A stretch of 64,000 nucleotides of DNA from Hemiscyllium ocellatum (GCF_020745735.1 NC_083408.1:64634484-64698483); one strand, 5' to 3'. Counted from the first letter of the stretch, positions 1 through 12,309 are shown. Numbers and translations are program-made. Notes: a model not told the origin generated them from the sequence alone.

Positions 1-150
1 CTATTCCAACCACAAGTCATCAGTGGTTGGTACCCAGAGCAATATGGCAGAAATTATGATCTTATGAGGCATACCAAAAATGAATACAGATGCAACTAAT
101 ATAATTTTTATTTCCTTTTGCTGAATATATTTAAATTACTTACAGTAATG

Positions 151-156
151 TTTATT
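151..156 (-). terminator. candidate polyadenylation signal (AATAAA) for the putative minus-strand gene
   Basis: TTTATT on + at 151-156 (a second at 107-112), about 170 nt downstream of the TAG at 324-322; such hexamers are common in AT-rich DNA. Confidence 0.25.
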
Positions 157-321
157 TAAAATGTGAAATTTAAATGTAAATGATTCCAAACTAGTTTGCT
201 GGATATAACTAATATTGCAATCAGTGAAGGCTGGCCTTGTTGGAGTTGCCAGATATTGTAATCCCCTCTCATTCCTCAGGTGCCATTACTGGTTTCCACA
301 ATTAATATGGCTATTTGGCGG

Positions 322-475
322 CTAAGAGGGATTGCAGAGCGTGTAAAACTGAAAGCCACTATTCCAAGAATGAGAAAATCCATAGGTCGCAACAACATAT
401 GCAGGAATATGCCATGCCATGCCATGGTGCTTCAGCCAGAGCCTGAAGGCTATCGCTATTGTCGTATTGCTTTGC
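322..475 (-). CDS. candidate terminal coding exon of an unidentified gene (QSNTTIAIAFRLWLKHHGMAWHIPAYVVATYGFSHSWNSGFQFYTLCNPS*)
   Basis: Acceptor tctttctcttctttaaaaatctag|G; phase-2 start completes TG|G (Trp) with exon 15017-14852; several CpGs retained; AATAAA downstream. Confidence 0.35.
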
Positions 476-532
476 CTAGATTTTTAAAGAAGAGAAAGAT
501 ACAATTGAAATGAAGGAAACATCAACATGGCG

Positions 533-630
533 CACAAAACGAAAAATGTTAGAAATCACAGCAGGTCAGGCAACATCCAAGGAGAGAGAGCAAATTAACA
601 TTTCAAGTCCAGATGATTTTTCAACGGAGC
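533..630 (-). mobile_element. decayed PLE-derived terminal fragment
   Basis: cacagcaggtcaggcaacatcc motif shared with the PLE ends at 7033-7160 and 10278-10405. Confidence 0.5.
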
Positions 631-1110
631 ACCAATGTCTGCATGGAAGTAGCAGATAAAAAAAAACTCACAAACTCCATTTTGTTTTGTGGTGTGCTCA
701 TGCTTTTCTTTGTTAAATGTGTTTCATGAAGGCAGGAGGGTTGTTCCATCTGGTGCTCCAGTAAAGTGTTACTGTGAAGGGCACAGCTTTAAAAACACTC
801 ATTAAACATCCCTGCACTGAAGGTAATGAGAGGAAAAAGCCTCTTTATTACCCAAAGTACAGCCGGCCAGCCATTGCCAAAAGGAACCAAGGTAAAGGAA
901 TTTCAATCAATCTGCAAAGCCAAGAATCTTGAACTTGCCATTCAATGTCAGTGCTATCAATAAATATTCAAACTAAGGAAGGGTATAGGTTTGAGCTAGA
1001 CCATGGAACCATTTGCTCACATAACTAGGTGGCAAAGATCGGACAGATTTTGCGTACAGGGCATGCTCCCAGCTCGCAAATTGGAACAGGCTGCCTCTCA
1101 GGGCTCCTTG

Positions 1111-1180
1111 GTTCTCTTGCTCCTCAGATGCTGCCTGATCTGCTGTGCTTTTCCAACTCCAGTCTCTCGACTCTGTATCT
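1111..1180 (+). mobile_element. PLE terminal-repeat fragment
   Basis: gatgctgcctgatctgctgtgcttttcc matches the PLE 3' end at 13237-13268. Confidence 0.6.
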
Positions 1181-1489
1181 CAAGTCTGCTGACTTGCTCA
1201 CTTAGCACTCAATGATCAACCTGCATGGCATCCAAGCCATGCCATGCATCGGTTCTTTAGCCAGAGCTATATTGATTTGTGTTCTAAGCACGATAGGTGG
1301 ACAGGCAGACTGCTTATCAATAGGGATTTGTTAGGCAGTGTTGGAAGGGCAGATCATCTTGCTGTACCACACAATGGGATGTCATTCTAACGCCCATGTA
1401 ATGTGCCTGCGCTAACACACAGCACATTCATTCGATCAAATGGCCAAATTTGAAATTGGTCAGGGTTTGGGGGAGTTAAGGATACTGCA

Positions 1490-2290
1490 ACCCAGGCAGT
1501 AGGTTTCAGAAATATGGTTGGCTTCCCCCAGCTGCAGGATGCCATCCACTGCCCACACATTGCACTGAGATGACAAGCTCAATAAGAGGAAGGGATTCTC
1601 ACTGTTACCGCTTCCTGGAGATGTGTGCCCACTACCATGGTAGCTGCCTTGACTCCTATATTCTGGAATACTCTCATGTACCTGGTAGTTTTGAGGGTGT
1701 GGGGACCTCCAAGCCTGGTTGCTGGTGGACAAAAGCTATTGTGGCTGATGACGTGATTGTGAAACCCGTAGCTGATGTGGACCACAAATGCAATGCTGCC
1801 CATACTTCAACTAGACCCATGGTGGAGGAGATGATAGGGCAGCTGGAGATGTGTTCTACTGCTTGGACCAGACTGGGGATCATCCAATATAGTCCAGAGT
1901 ATGGCTGGCGTGCAGTGCTCTGCACAATTGGAGCAGGCGATAACATGATGTTGTTGTGGTTCTGTTCGCCGAGCTGGGAATTTGTGTTGCAGACGTTTCA
2001 TCCCCTGTCTAGGTGACATCTGAAGATTCAAACCACTACAAATGCTGGAGGAAAGATCACAGAAGCGCTTCACAGGAGGCTCCCAAGCCCTGAGGATGTC
2101 ACCTAGACAGGGGACCAGACGTCTGCAACACAAATTCCCAGCTCGGCGAACAGAACCACAACAACGAGCACCCGAGCTACAAATCTTCTCACAAACTTTG
2201 AAGATAATATGATGTAATATATGGTGAGATGCTGGACCAATGGAAGCAGTCTTCCAAGGAGAAGGACAAGGACACTGAGGATGTAGTTAA
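1490..2290 (+). pseudogene. PIF/Harbinger (HARBI1-like, DDE_Tnp_4) transposase remnant, interrupted by a PLE insertion at 1952-2202
   Basis: Frameshifted translation gives GFPQLQDAIHCPHIAL, RFLEMCAHYHGSCLDSYIL, CNAAHTSTRPMVEEMIGQLE, QYSPE, CSALHN; these match Harbinger motifs GFPxVxGAIDCTH, ARYPGSxHD, YNxAHxxTRxxIExxxGxLK, CCxLHN. Confidence 0.75.
1952..2202 (+). mobile_element. fold-back non-autonomous PLE insertion (same family as 4644-5454)
   Basis: Inverted repeat ~1949-2020 / ~2095-2165; TSD gataa(c/t)atgatgt at 1939-1951 and 2203-2215; decayed hammerhead core starting at 2090. Confidence 0.8.
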
Positions 2291-2948
2291 GGAAAGTTAA
2301 ACTGTGGTGCAGTGATTCAATAGCAACTAGGATGACAGAATGGGGTTATATGTTTGAAGGAATGTCTTTGTGGCTGGTGTGCCATTATGTTGCCAATGAG
2401 AGACAAAATGCAAGATTGCCATTGCTTATCTGGATGCATGATGGGATCTTAAAGATAGTATGGGTGCTAGGGATGCTGGTCTTTCAGTGGCTATCAGCCG
2501 AATAATGAGTTTTTCTGGGAACAGTGCGTGTGGATAAAATTGGATGTGAGGAATTCAGTTGGGGTGGGGTAGGTAGTTAATAAGGAGAGTTTGATAAAAT
2601 ACAGTGAATAATCTCACTAGGCTACATGGCAGAAAGCCCTTCAATATATGTGAAATCAGTCGACTTAGCCAACAAAATGTAATAATCAGTCCAATACTTC
2701 TTTCTTCAGCCTATCAATCCACATAATTTCAAAACCCCGATGACACTTCCTATTTGTATACTCAACTCCAATGGAAATAATCTCTGAATTTCAAACATCT
2801 CTCATAACTATAAGTTCTTAATGCTCATATACCCCTTGTGAATCACCATGTTAACCCTGCTGAATTTCTTCACCAATCTCTGTTTTTGTTTCAGATTTAA
2901 TGTAATTTCTATAATGAGGCACCGAAAAATGGATATATTATCATATGA

Positions 2949-3163
2949 GGTAAAAACAATGACTGCAAATGCTGGAAAACAGATTCTGGATCAGTGGTGC
3001 TGGAAGAGCACAGCAGTTCAGGCAGCATCCAACGAGCAACGAAATCGACGTTTCGGGCAAAAGCCTGACGTTCCTGATGAAGGGCTTTTGCCCGAAACGT
3101 CGATTTCGCTGCTCGTTGGATGCTGCCTGACCTGCTGTGCTCTTCCAGCACCACTGATCCAGA
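2949..3163. mobile_element. fold-back non-autonomous PLE insertion
   Basis: ~83 bp near-perfect inverted repeat (~2983-3065 / ~3083-3165); 14 bp TSD atattatcatatga at 2935-2948 and 3164-3177. Confidence 0.85.
3074..3101 (+). ncRNA. minimal hammerhead ribozyme motif (PLE-associated)
   Basis: CUGAUGA-A-GGGC-UUUU-GCCC-GAAAC-GUC: full catalytic core, 4-bp stem II, palindromic ACGU in place of stem III. Confidence 0.75.
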
Positions 3164-4674
3164 ATATTATCATATGATCTAATCTACAGTCACCTGTTTT
3201 AAACGTTGCTATGGTGTCAATATTTTCAGCAGATCATTAATCTTAATATCATCACAAATACTATGCCATATTGGAAAACTTCTCCAAAATCATTTTGTGA
3301 AGCAGAAGTTATTTTGACTTTAATACTCAATAAGTAAATCAGTTTGAATCTTTATTTCATTCCCACTGTTGATCTCATCCAGTCCACTCATTTCTACTCA
3401 CTCCAACACAAATAAGGACTTGTCATCATTTGTTTGATCAATATATCAAACTTCTCAGGAACATCAGAATTCCTTAAAATGTGTCATAACTATGTGTCAT
3501 TCACACCAAACATTGTCAAAGGCTGCTTAAGTGATTGTAACAACTGTCAATGTTCTATAAATGTCTTCACAATTTGTTCCATCACAATGTACTTAGTCCT
3601 GGCCTAAAGCTATTTTTTCCTTTTAGCACTGCCTCTGCTACACATCATTTTCCTCTGCAGTGACCACTTAGTGAATACTTTGCCAAGGTTATTCAGCAAA
3701 CTTATTCCTCTCTAATTGCAGCATTAACTCTTGGCTCCTTTACTGAAGATTGCAATTATCATGATTATCTCTCCCCAGTCGTCAGATACCTGCTATTATT
3801 CATGCATTTTGATAACCAGCTTTTTGCATAATAAACAGCATAATAAATTAGCATCCTTCAAGGAATTAAATAGTTTCTAATTTGTGAGTTTTTTTTCAGT
3901 TAGAGCTTGAATTTTGCTCCATTCTGTCTTGTAAGCAGAGTAGTTTTGAAATGACAAACATTACAGGATATGTAGCTGGCCTAATCATATGTGTGACATT
4001 AAAGTGGCCAATTATAATGGGAAACATTAACAACAGGAACTAAGAGTATGTAAACAGAGTGTGTAGACATAAGGTTGTTAATATGTTGCACATATCTTTC
4101 ACCGACTTTCTTAATACACAACTATTTGCTTCTAGTTCTATCATACCTTTAACTGGTGCTTTACTATTGAATGGTTATAAAGACCTATTCATTTCAGTTT
4201 AAATTATCTGCGATCCTTCCGTTAATATTAATGTAACTCCCTTTAATCTTTATAGTTCTCTTCCAACTATGCTTTATATATTCACATGATTTCAATTAGT
4301 AATTTTACCATATGTCTCCCGTTTAAGTTTGACTTTACTTCTAATCTCTCTATATATCCGTGGACCTCCATCCTTTGATGCAGCACATGTTTGAATACCC
4401 ACATAGTCAAGCTGTATAGGGCAATTGAAAATGTTGTTAAACATCAGGTCACTTTAATTTCACACAGTAATGTTAATGCCACTGATCAAGTAATACTGAC
4501 TCCACGCTAATGTTCTAGGTATGGGCTTGAATTCACCATGGCAGATGGTGAAATCTGAATTCAATAAAACTCTGGAATATAAAGCTAGCCTGCCTAATGA
4601 CACTCAACCCAATATCAATTGTTATAAAAACACATTTGTTTCAGGTTCTGTTCGCCGAGCTGGAAGTTTTTGCT

Positions 4675-4714
4675 GCAAACGTTTCGTTCCCTGGCTAGGG
4701 AACATCATCAGTGC
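4675..4714 (-). ncRNA. minimal hammerhead ribozyme motif
   Basis: GCA-CUGAUGA-U-GUUCCCU-AGCC-AGGGAAC-GAAAC-GUU-UGC: 7-bp stem II, 3-bp stem I. Confidence 0.75.
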
Positions 4715-5454
4715 TATTGGAGCCTCCTGTGAAGCGCTGCTTTGATGTTTCTTCCGGTATTTATGGTGGTTTGTTCTTGCCGCTTCCGGGTGTCAGTTTC
4801 AGCTGTAGTAGTTTGTAGGTGGGGTCCAGGTCGATGTGTCTGTTGATGGATGTTCTTGCCGCTTCCGGGTGTCAGTTTCAGCTGTAGTGGTTTGTATATG
4901 GGGTCCAGGTCCATGTGTCTGTTAATGGAGTTTGTGGATGAATGCCATGCCTCTAGGAATTCCCTGGCTGTTCTCTGTCTGGCTTGTCCTATGATGGTAG
5001 TGTTTTCCCAGTCAAATTCATGTTCCTGGTTGTCTGAGTGTATGGCTACTAGGGATAGCTGGTCATGTCGTTTTGTGGCTAGCTGATGTTCATGGATGCG
5101 GATTGTTAGCTGTCTTCCTGTTTGTCCTATATAGTGTTTTGTGCAGTCCTTGCATGGTATTTTGTAAACTACGTTAGTTTGGCTCGTGCTGGCTATTGGG
5201 TCCTTTGTTCTAGTGAGTTGTTGTCTGAGTGTGGAAGTTGGCTTGTGTGCTGTTATGAGTCCTAAGGGTCGCAGTAGTCTGGCTGTCAGTTCTGAGACGC
5301 TCCTGACGTATGGTAGTGTGGCTAGTCCTTTTGGTTGTGGCATGTCCTCGTTCCGTGGTCTATCTCTTAGGCATCTGGTGATAAAGTTGCGTGGGTATCC
5401 GTTTTTGGCGAATACCTTGTATAGGTGTTCCTCTTCCTCTTTTCGCAGTTCTGG
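4714..5454 (-). pseudogene. PLE RT thumb / GIY-YIG endonuclease coding fragment
   Basis: Open frame ELRKEEEEHLYKVFAKNGYP...LPYV...VVYKIPCKDCTKHYIGQTGRQLTIRIHEH...REFLEAWHS...SINR. Confidence 0.9.
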
Positions 5455-7032
5455 TGTTTCACTTATGTCCTTTTGAGAAAGAAATTTGCCATTCTTAGCT
5501 GGTCAGGCCTACGCTTGACTCCAAACAACCACAATGAGGCTGAGATCAATAAATGCTAACCGAGCCAGTGACACTCTCACCCCATGAATGACTAAATTAA
5601 ATGCATCAGTGTTTACCATTTCAAGATTACTTTTCTGCTTATGAGACAGAATGATACAAAATTCAACTTTCAACAAAGGAAGACTCACAAATCACACACC
5701 ACTCAGTCCCTTAGGGGATGATAATTTGGATATGCTGGAATGTTGCATGGAAACTCTCCATTTTGGTTCAAGTGGCACTGTTACCTTTTCTCATTCATTC
5801 ACATAATAGCTCAGGCTATAAAGAAGGTCTAGCAATACAATTTCTGACAGCATGCTAAGGACGTAGCATATAGCTTCATTTTCTACCACTCACTGCAAGA
5901 CAGTGTCATTTATGGAGTGTAGCAGAGAGAAACCATCCATGAAATTCAATGAAACTGACACTTAGCCAAAAAAAGGATATTACAATTCAGGAAGTGGTGA
6001 AGCCACCAGTGGGCTTTCTCTGAGAATCAAGACTTTTGGTCCAGCTGCCTGTGAATCAGAGACCAGCAGCTCTTGTAGTTAACAATTCCCCTGAGGAAGC
6101 CATGGCTGCCACTCCCCTGGAGTCTCAAGTTCACAGATATTGTAATGTGCATGTGAATGGGGCAGTGGGATTGTAAGGTGAGAGATAAGGAGGGCTGGAA
6201 GCAAAGCAAGGGCTGGGGGAGTGGTTTTGATAGAAACCACCTCCCTTTCCTAATGTCCAATATCTCAATCATGCACTCACAACTGTTATACATGGTGCAA
6301 GTCACAGTCTCACTTGCAACTGATTCAATCCCAGTGGCAGTCGGCCAAGGCCCTGAAGTGGTCCATAATTGGCTACTTAAGAGCGACAATTGGTGACAGG
6401 ATAGGAAAGTCAACCTTGGCCTTTCCTGTCCAGAACAATTTTGGCTGAGCTGGCAAGGTGGGAGGGTTCAGATATGATACTGTCCTCCCAAATAAAAGCC
6501 ATTCAAGCCTCCAAGCTCACCTGTCACAAGGGCAGATTCCATTCTGAGGTTGGTTATCATGTCACTTAAATGAAAAAGGTGGCTTTTGGAATATTACCAA
6601 GGTATGTCTTTAAGAACTGTAGCATATAATAGACTCTTGTTCAGCAAGAGTTGTATGAATGACTGGCACTAAAGGCTGACCATTTACAACACACATGGAT
6701 AAAGATCATCCATTCTCCACAGACAAAACAAACTCCCTCCATACAAATAAATTAGGAAAAAACAAAACCATACTAAATAAAAATACACAGAGGGCAATAT
6801 TATTTAACAGATATCAAGATTTGACAATAAGATATAAAATCAATACAGCCATAAAATCTGCATTTTGCACACCCATAGGCTTCATGAAATGAATATAAAG
6901 GATTACAAGATTAATACAAGTATTCTCATCTCCTTCACAACATACTTAAAGTGTAGATGGGATTAGCTAAATGCAATTCACAAGGAGCCTGACTGCCTAA
7001 GTAGCTCAGTTGGATGGCAATAGATGTAACAA

Positions 7033-8198
7033 GGAGAAAGTGAGGACTGCAAATGCTGGGGATTAGAGCTTAAAAATGTGTTGCTGGAAAAGTGCAGCAG
7101 GTCAGGCAGCATCAAAGGAGAAGGAGAATCGACGTTTCGGGCGTAAGCCCTTCTTCAGGAGTGAGGTGGGTGTGCCAAGCAGGCTAAGATAAAAGGTAGG
7201 GAGGAGGGACTTGGGGGAGGGGTGTTGGGAATGCGATAGGCGGAAGGAGGTTAAGGTGAGGGTGATAGGCCGGAGTGGGGGTGGGGGCGGAGAGGTGAGG
7301 AAGAAGATTGTAGGTCAAGAAGGCGGTGCTGAGTCTGAGGGTTGGGACTGAGAAAAGGTGGGGGGAGGGGAAATGAGGTAGCTGGAGAAATCTGCTTTCA
7401 TCCCTTGTGGCTGGAGGGGTCCGAGGCGGAAGATGAGTTGCTCTTCGTCCAGGCGTTGTGTTGCCATGGCCTGGCGATGGAGGAGGCCAAGGACCTGCAT
7501 GTCCGTGGTGGAGTGGGAGGGGGAGTTAAAGTGTTCAGCCACGGGGCGGTTGGGTTGGTTGGTGCGGGTGTCCCAGAGGTGTTCTCCGAAATATTCCGCA
7601 AGTAGGCAGCCTGTCTCCTCAATGTATAGGAGGCCACATCGGGTGCAGCGGATGTGGTAAATGCTGTGTGTGGAGGTGCAGGTGAATTTCTGATAGATAT
7701 TGAAGGATCCTTTGAGGCTTGGAGGGAAGTGAGGGGGGAGGTGTGGGCGCAAGTTTTGCGTTTTTTGCGGTTGCAGGGGAAGGTGCCGGGAGTGGAGGTT
7801 GGGTTGGTGGGGGGTGTGGACCTGACGAGGGAGTCGTGGAGGGAGTGGTCTTTCCGGAATGCTGATAGGGGTGGGGATGGAAATATATCCTTGGTGGTGG
7901 GGTCCGTTTGGAGGTGGCGGAAATGACAAAGGATGATCCGATGTATCTGGAGGTTGGTGGGGTGGTAGGTGAGGACTAGTGGGATTCTGTCCTGGTGGCG
8001 ATTGGAGGGGCGGGTTCAAGGGCAGAGGAGCAGGAGGGGAGGAGATGTGGTGGAGAGCATCGACATCTGAGGGGAAATTGCAGTCTTTGAAGAAGGAGGT
8101 CATCTGAGTTGTTCAGTATTGGAATTGATCCTCCTGGGAGCAGATGCGGTGAAGGCGAAGGAATCGGGAATATGGCCATCCCAAACATACCTTTTCCA
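7033..8198 (-). mobile_element. 5'-truncated Penelope-like element (Neptune-type)
   Basis: Frameshifted GIY-YIG (IYHIRCTRCGLLYIEETG); terminal repeat with hammerhead; perfect 16 bp TSD gcaatagatgtaacaa at 7017-7032 and 8199-8214. Confidence 0.9.
7131..7158 (-). ncRNA. minimal hammerhead ribozyme motif
   Basis: CUGAAGA-A-GGGC-UUAC-GCCC-GAAAC-GUC. Confidence 0.75.
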
Positions 8199-8586
8199 GC
8201 AATAGATGTAACAATGAAACTACAGGTCATATATGATTAAAATGTTGCATTTCTTTGTTCCATGCATACCATGTTATCAGTTCATAACGAAATCAAGACA
8301 AAATACAGTTCTCCCCCCCCCCCCCACCTTGCTAACTCCCCATATAAAGTACAGACCATTGCTTTAATCACAGGAAACAATTCAGATTAGTCTGACTCGC
8401 TTCATTTTTGAGCGAGTTAAAGAGATGAATGTGTTGAGATATTTACTGTGTTAAAGGTGCTATATTAATGTGAATGGTTGCTATTGCATTGTAGGGGCAC
8501 TATTTACCATGTATGCATGAGCAATGTAGTTCCTTCTGAAGTTGAACCAGACCTGTACTGAGTTCAGCTGGATGCCTCCCATGGAT

Positions 8587-9500
8587 TAGTTTGGACATTA
8601 AGTTTGCAGACAATACAAAGATAGGTAGAGGAGCAAGTAGCATTGAGGAGCTGGGAGGCTGCAGAAGGATTTGGATAGATTAGGAGAATGGTCAAAGAAG
8701 TTGCAGATGGAGTACAACATGGGCAAGTGTGAGGTCATGCACTTTGATAAGAAGAAGAGACATAGAGTATTTTCTAAATGGGGAGAAATTTCACAAATCT
8801 GAAATGCAAAGGGACTTCTAGTCCAGGATTCTATCAAGGTAAACTTGCAGATTGAGTAAGCAGTTAGGAAGGTAAGTGCAATGCGAGCATCTATTCCAAG
8901 AAGACTTGAATATAAAAGCAGGGATATACTTCTGAGGCTCTATAAGGCTCTGGTCAGGCCACATTTGCAGCATTGTGCACAGTTTTGGGCCCCATATCTC
9001 AGGAAGGATGTATTGGCCCTTGAGTGGGTTCAGAGGGGATTCACAAGAATAGTCCCAGGAATGAATAGCTTAACTTATGAGGAACATTTGAGGACTCTGA
9101 GGCTATACTCAATGGAGTTTAGAATGATGAAAGGGGATCTAATTGAACCATACAGAATACTGATTGGCCTGGACAGAATGGATGTTGGGAAGATGTTTCT
9201 ATTGGTAGGGGAGACCAGGATCCGAGAGCACAGCCTTAGAGTAAAGGGAAGACCATTTAGAATGGCAATAAGAAAAAAACCTTCTTCAGTCAGAGAGTGG
9301 TGAATCTACGGAATTCATCACCACAGAAGGTTGTGGAGGCAAGGTCATTGAATATATTTAAGACTGAGATAGATAGGTCAAGAGGATCAAGGTTTATGGG
9401 GAGAAAGTGGAAGAATGGGGTTGAGAAACTCATCAGCCATGATTGAATTGTGGAGCAGATTTGATCAGCCGAATGGCCCAATAACTGTTCCTATGTCTTA
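8587..9500 (+). mobile_element. CR1 LINE 3' fragment (RT C-terminus and tail)
   Basis: KFADNTKI-like motif and LYKALVRPHLQHCAQFWAPYLRKDVLALEWVQR. Confidence 0.9.
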
Positions 9501-9559
9501 TGGCGTTAAATGGCTCCAGCATTTCATTGACTTGCACCCTACTGTCAGGGATGACATTT

Positions 9560-10095
9560 GGCCTGCATTTGGCCCATATCCTTCTAAATCTTTCCTATTC
9601 ATGTACAAAGGTTTTTCAAATGTTGTAGCTGTACCTACATCCATCACTTCCTCCTGCAGTTCATTCCAGATACAAACTACCCTCTGTGTGAAAAAGCTGC
9701 CCCTCAGATCCATTTTAAAATCTTTCTCCTCTCAACTTAAAAATATGACCTTTGGTTTTGAATTCCCCAACCCTAGGGAAAAGACTGCTGCTACTCACCT
9801 TATTTATGCTCCTCATGCGTTTATAAACCTCTATAAGGTCAGCCCTCAATCTCCTACCTTTCTGTGAAAAACATCCCAGTCTCTCCACATATCTCAAACC
9901 CTTCCGTCCTGCATCATCCTGGTAAAGCTTTTCCAAACCCTCTCCAATTTAATAATATCCTTTCTATAGCAGGGTGACTAGGCTTCACACAGTACTCCAA
10001 ACATGCGCCCCCGCCCCCACCAATGTCTGTACCTTTGCAACATGACATCCCAACTCCTATACTCAATGGTCTGAGCAATAAGGCAGACACCCAAG
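9560..10095 (-). mobile_element. CR1/HER1 LINE 3' fragment
   Basis: RRLRADLIEVYK and FFTQRVVCIWNELQEEV motifs. Confidence 0.85.
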
Positions 10096-10277
10096 GCTGG
10101 GATCAAACTCAGGTTCCTGACACTGTGAGGTAGCAATGCTAACCACAATGCTACGCCTTGCTGGCACCAGCTTTGAATTTTCACATTTGAGGCTGATAGC
10201 GCTCTTCCCACTTGAAGCAAGATAGTGGATTTTTAAAATATTTATGTTCCCCTCAACATATGCATGTTGAAAAACAA

Positions 10278-10945
10278 TAGAAAGTGAGCACTGCAGATGC
10301 TGGAGATCAGAGTCGAAGAGTGTGGTGCTGGAAAAGCACAGCAGATCAGGGAGCATCCGAGGAGCAGGGGAATCGACATTTCAGGCATAAGCCCTTCATC
10401 AGGAATGAGGCCTATGGGCCGGGGGGTTGAGAGATAAATGGGACGGGGGGGAGCTGGGAGGAAGGTAGCTGGGAGTGTGATAGGTAGGTGAAGGTGGGGC
10501 TGAAAGTGGTAGGTTGGAGAGGAGGGTGGAGCAGATAGGTGGGAAGGAAGGTGGACAGGTAGGACTGTCAAGAAGGCAGTGTCAAGTTGGAAGGTCAGGA
10601 CTGGGATAAGGTGGGGGGAGGGGAAATGGAGAAACAGGTGAAATTCATGTTGATCCCGTGTAATTAGAGGGTCTCAAGGCGGACGATGAGGCGTTTTTCC
10701 TTCAGGCTTTGGGTGGTTAGGATTTGGCGATGAAGGAGGCCCAGGACCTCCATGTCCTTGGCAGAGTGGGAGGGGGAATTAAAGTGTTCAGCCACAGGGC
10801 TGTGAGGTTGGTTAGTGCGGGTGTCCCAGTGATGTTCCCTGAAACAATCCACAAGTTGGCGTGCTGTCTCCCCATTGTAGAGGAGACTACATCGGGTGTA
10901 ATGGATGTAGTAGATGACATGTGTGGGAAGTACAGGCAAATTTCT
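10278..10945 (-). mobile_element. 5'-truncated Neptune-type PLE
   Basis: Decayed GIY-YIG (VIYYIHYTRCSLLYNGET...FREH) plus terminal repeat with CpG-decayed hammerhead at 10375-10402. Confidence 0.85.
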
Positions 10946-11264
10946 GACAGATGTGGAAGGATTGCATTTTTTGTCATATGTCACTTTTGTTTTAATTATG
11001 CCCTTACATGAGTAAGAGTTTTCATAAAATCACACCTTGTTTGACAATGTCTCATTACCAACTCCTTTCCATTTCACAATTACTTTGCATGCAGTTTGTT
11101 CTTTACTTCCAGTCCTTCTTTGAAGAACTGACTCAAACCTATAATCTAAATGATAGTGCTAATCACAGAAGTAGCAACCTGCTTCAAGATGGCTCATCTG
11201 GAGCATCTATTTTGAACTCAAAACATCACGCATGCTTGAACTGGTCAGTTTCAGCACCCTTACC

Positions 11265-11880
11265 TCAGTCCACTCCAGGACATAAACATTTTTATAATGA
11301 CATTGGTAACAGTATTGAGAGAGATTGCATTTGACAGTATTGCATTGTTTTAAAACAGATGTTAAATCAAAGCCATGCTTATCTACTCCAATCAATATAA
11401 AAGATGCTATGGCCTATTTAAAGAAGAGAAATGAGTTTTAGATTAGATTAGACTTACAGTGTGGAAACAGGCCCTTCGGCCCAACAAGTCCACACCGACC
11501 CGCCGAAGCGCAACCCACCCATACCCCTACATTTACCCCTTACCTAACACTACGGACAATTTAGCTTGGCCAATTCACCTGACCCGCACATCTTTGGACT
11601 GTGGGAGGAAACCGGAGCACCCGGAGGAAACCCACGCAGACACGGGGAGAACGTGCAAACTCCACACAGTCAGTCGCCTGAGTCGGGAATTGAACCCGGG
11701 TCTACAGGCGCTGTGAGGCAGCAGTGCTAACCACTGTGCCACCGTGCCCCCTCCCTCTAACAACACCAAGTAAACAAGTTAACCATTCTTCATCTCAGCA
11801 CCTCTTTGATGAATCCAGCTGAGAACAAGGCTGCTATATTTGAATCATAGGGTATTCAATATCCTGAGGTCATGATAAAA
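11265..11880 (+). mobile_element. old DeuSINE-like (SacSINE1/AmnSINE1-type) element interrupted by HE1
   Basis: gatgttaaatcaaagcc...taaaagatgctatggcctatttaaagaagag resembles the remembered Deu-domain consensus; continues after 11748 and ends in cctgaggtcatga. Confidence 0.5.
11438..11748 (-). mobile_element. HE1 SINE (young copy)
   Basis: tRNA-like head GGCACGGTGGCACAGTGGTTAGCAC...GGGTTCAATTCC, CR1-like tail and (TCTAA)n end; nearly identical to 19840, 34859 and 63519 copies. Confidence 0.9.
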
Positions 11881-12309
11881 ACTTAAACCAAGTTGTCATA
11901 CAATTTCATCAAATTTAAACACGTTTGTATCTGACACCCAAGAGAGTTAGACAATGGGAACTGTAACTTTAGAAGGGCATGTATATTTCCCTCACATGAT
12001 TCAGGCATCTACTTTGGATGAAGGAGAGTGTGCCAAACAAAAGGAAGAGTGCATTTAATGGCAAAGAATCCACACAGTGTAGGTGGCACATTTGCGAAAA
12101 AGAAGCATATGAGTGGGAGCAATGCATGGTTACAGGAAGAGGACAGGGGCAGAAGGTGATGGTAGCACAGCATGCACCAGGCAGAAAGACAACCAGAATA
12201 ATATCGAGCAAAGAAATGCAGATGGTGGAGATCTGAAAAAAAAAACAAATTGCTGGAGAATCTCAGCATCTGTAGGAAGAAGGCAGAACTAACTGTCAAG
12301 TCTTGGTGA

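Larger units (their letters stand above)
4644..5454 (-). mobile_element. 5'-truncated Penelope-like retroelement (Poseidon/Penelope-type)
   Basis: GIY-YIG ORF, terminal hammerhead, 7 bp TSD tgtttca at 4637-4643 and 5455-5461, CpG-rich (young). Confidence 0.9.
4465..5600 (+). mobile_element. old tRNA-derived SINE split by the Penelope insertion
   Basis: Head and body 4465-4643 (caccatggcagatggtgaaatctgaattcaataaa) resume at 5462-5600 and end in aataaatgct...ccccatgaatga, a tail shared with the CR1/L2-clade LINE copies in this window. Confidence 0.55.

Noticed and set aside
280-513. Plus-strand 77-aa ORF preceded by a good acceptor (cccctctcattcctcag|)
   Set aside because: No recognisable motif, weak donors and no consistent plus-strand exon chain; it overlaps the minus-strand candidate. 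Not strictly excluded.
850-910. 60-nt minus-strand exon-like segment (LIEIPLPWFLLAMAGRLYFG)
   Set aside because: Splicing after exon 15017-14852 would create TG|A = stop; no other support
11459-11716. Recurrent ORFs MWKQALRPNKSTP... (also 19856, 34932, 63365)
   Set aside because: Antisense translations of HE1 SINE copies, not genes
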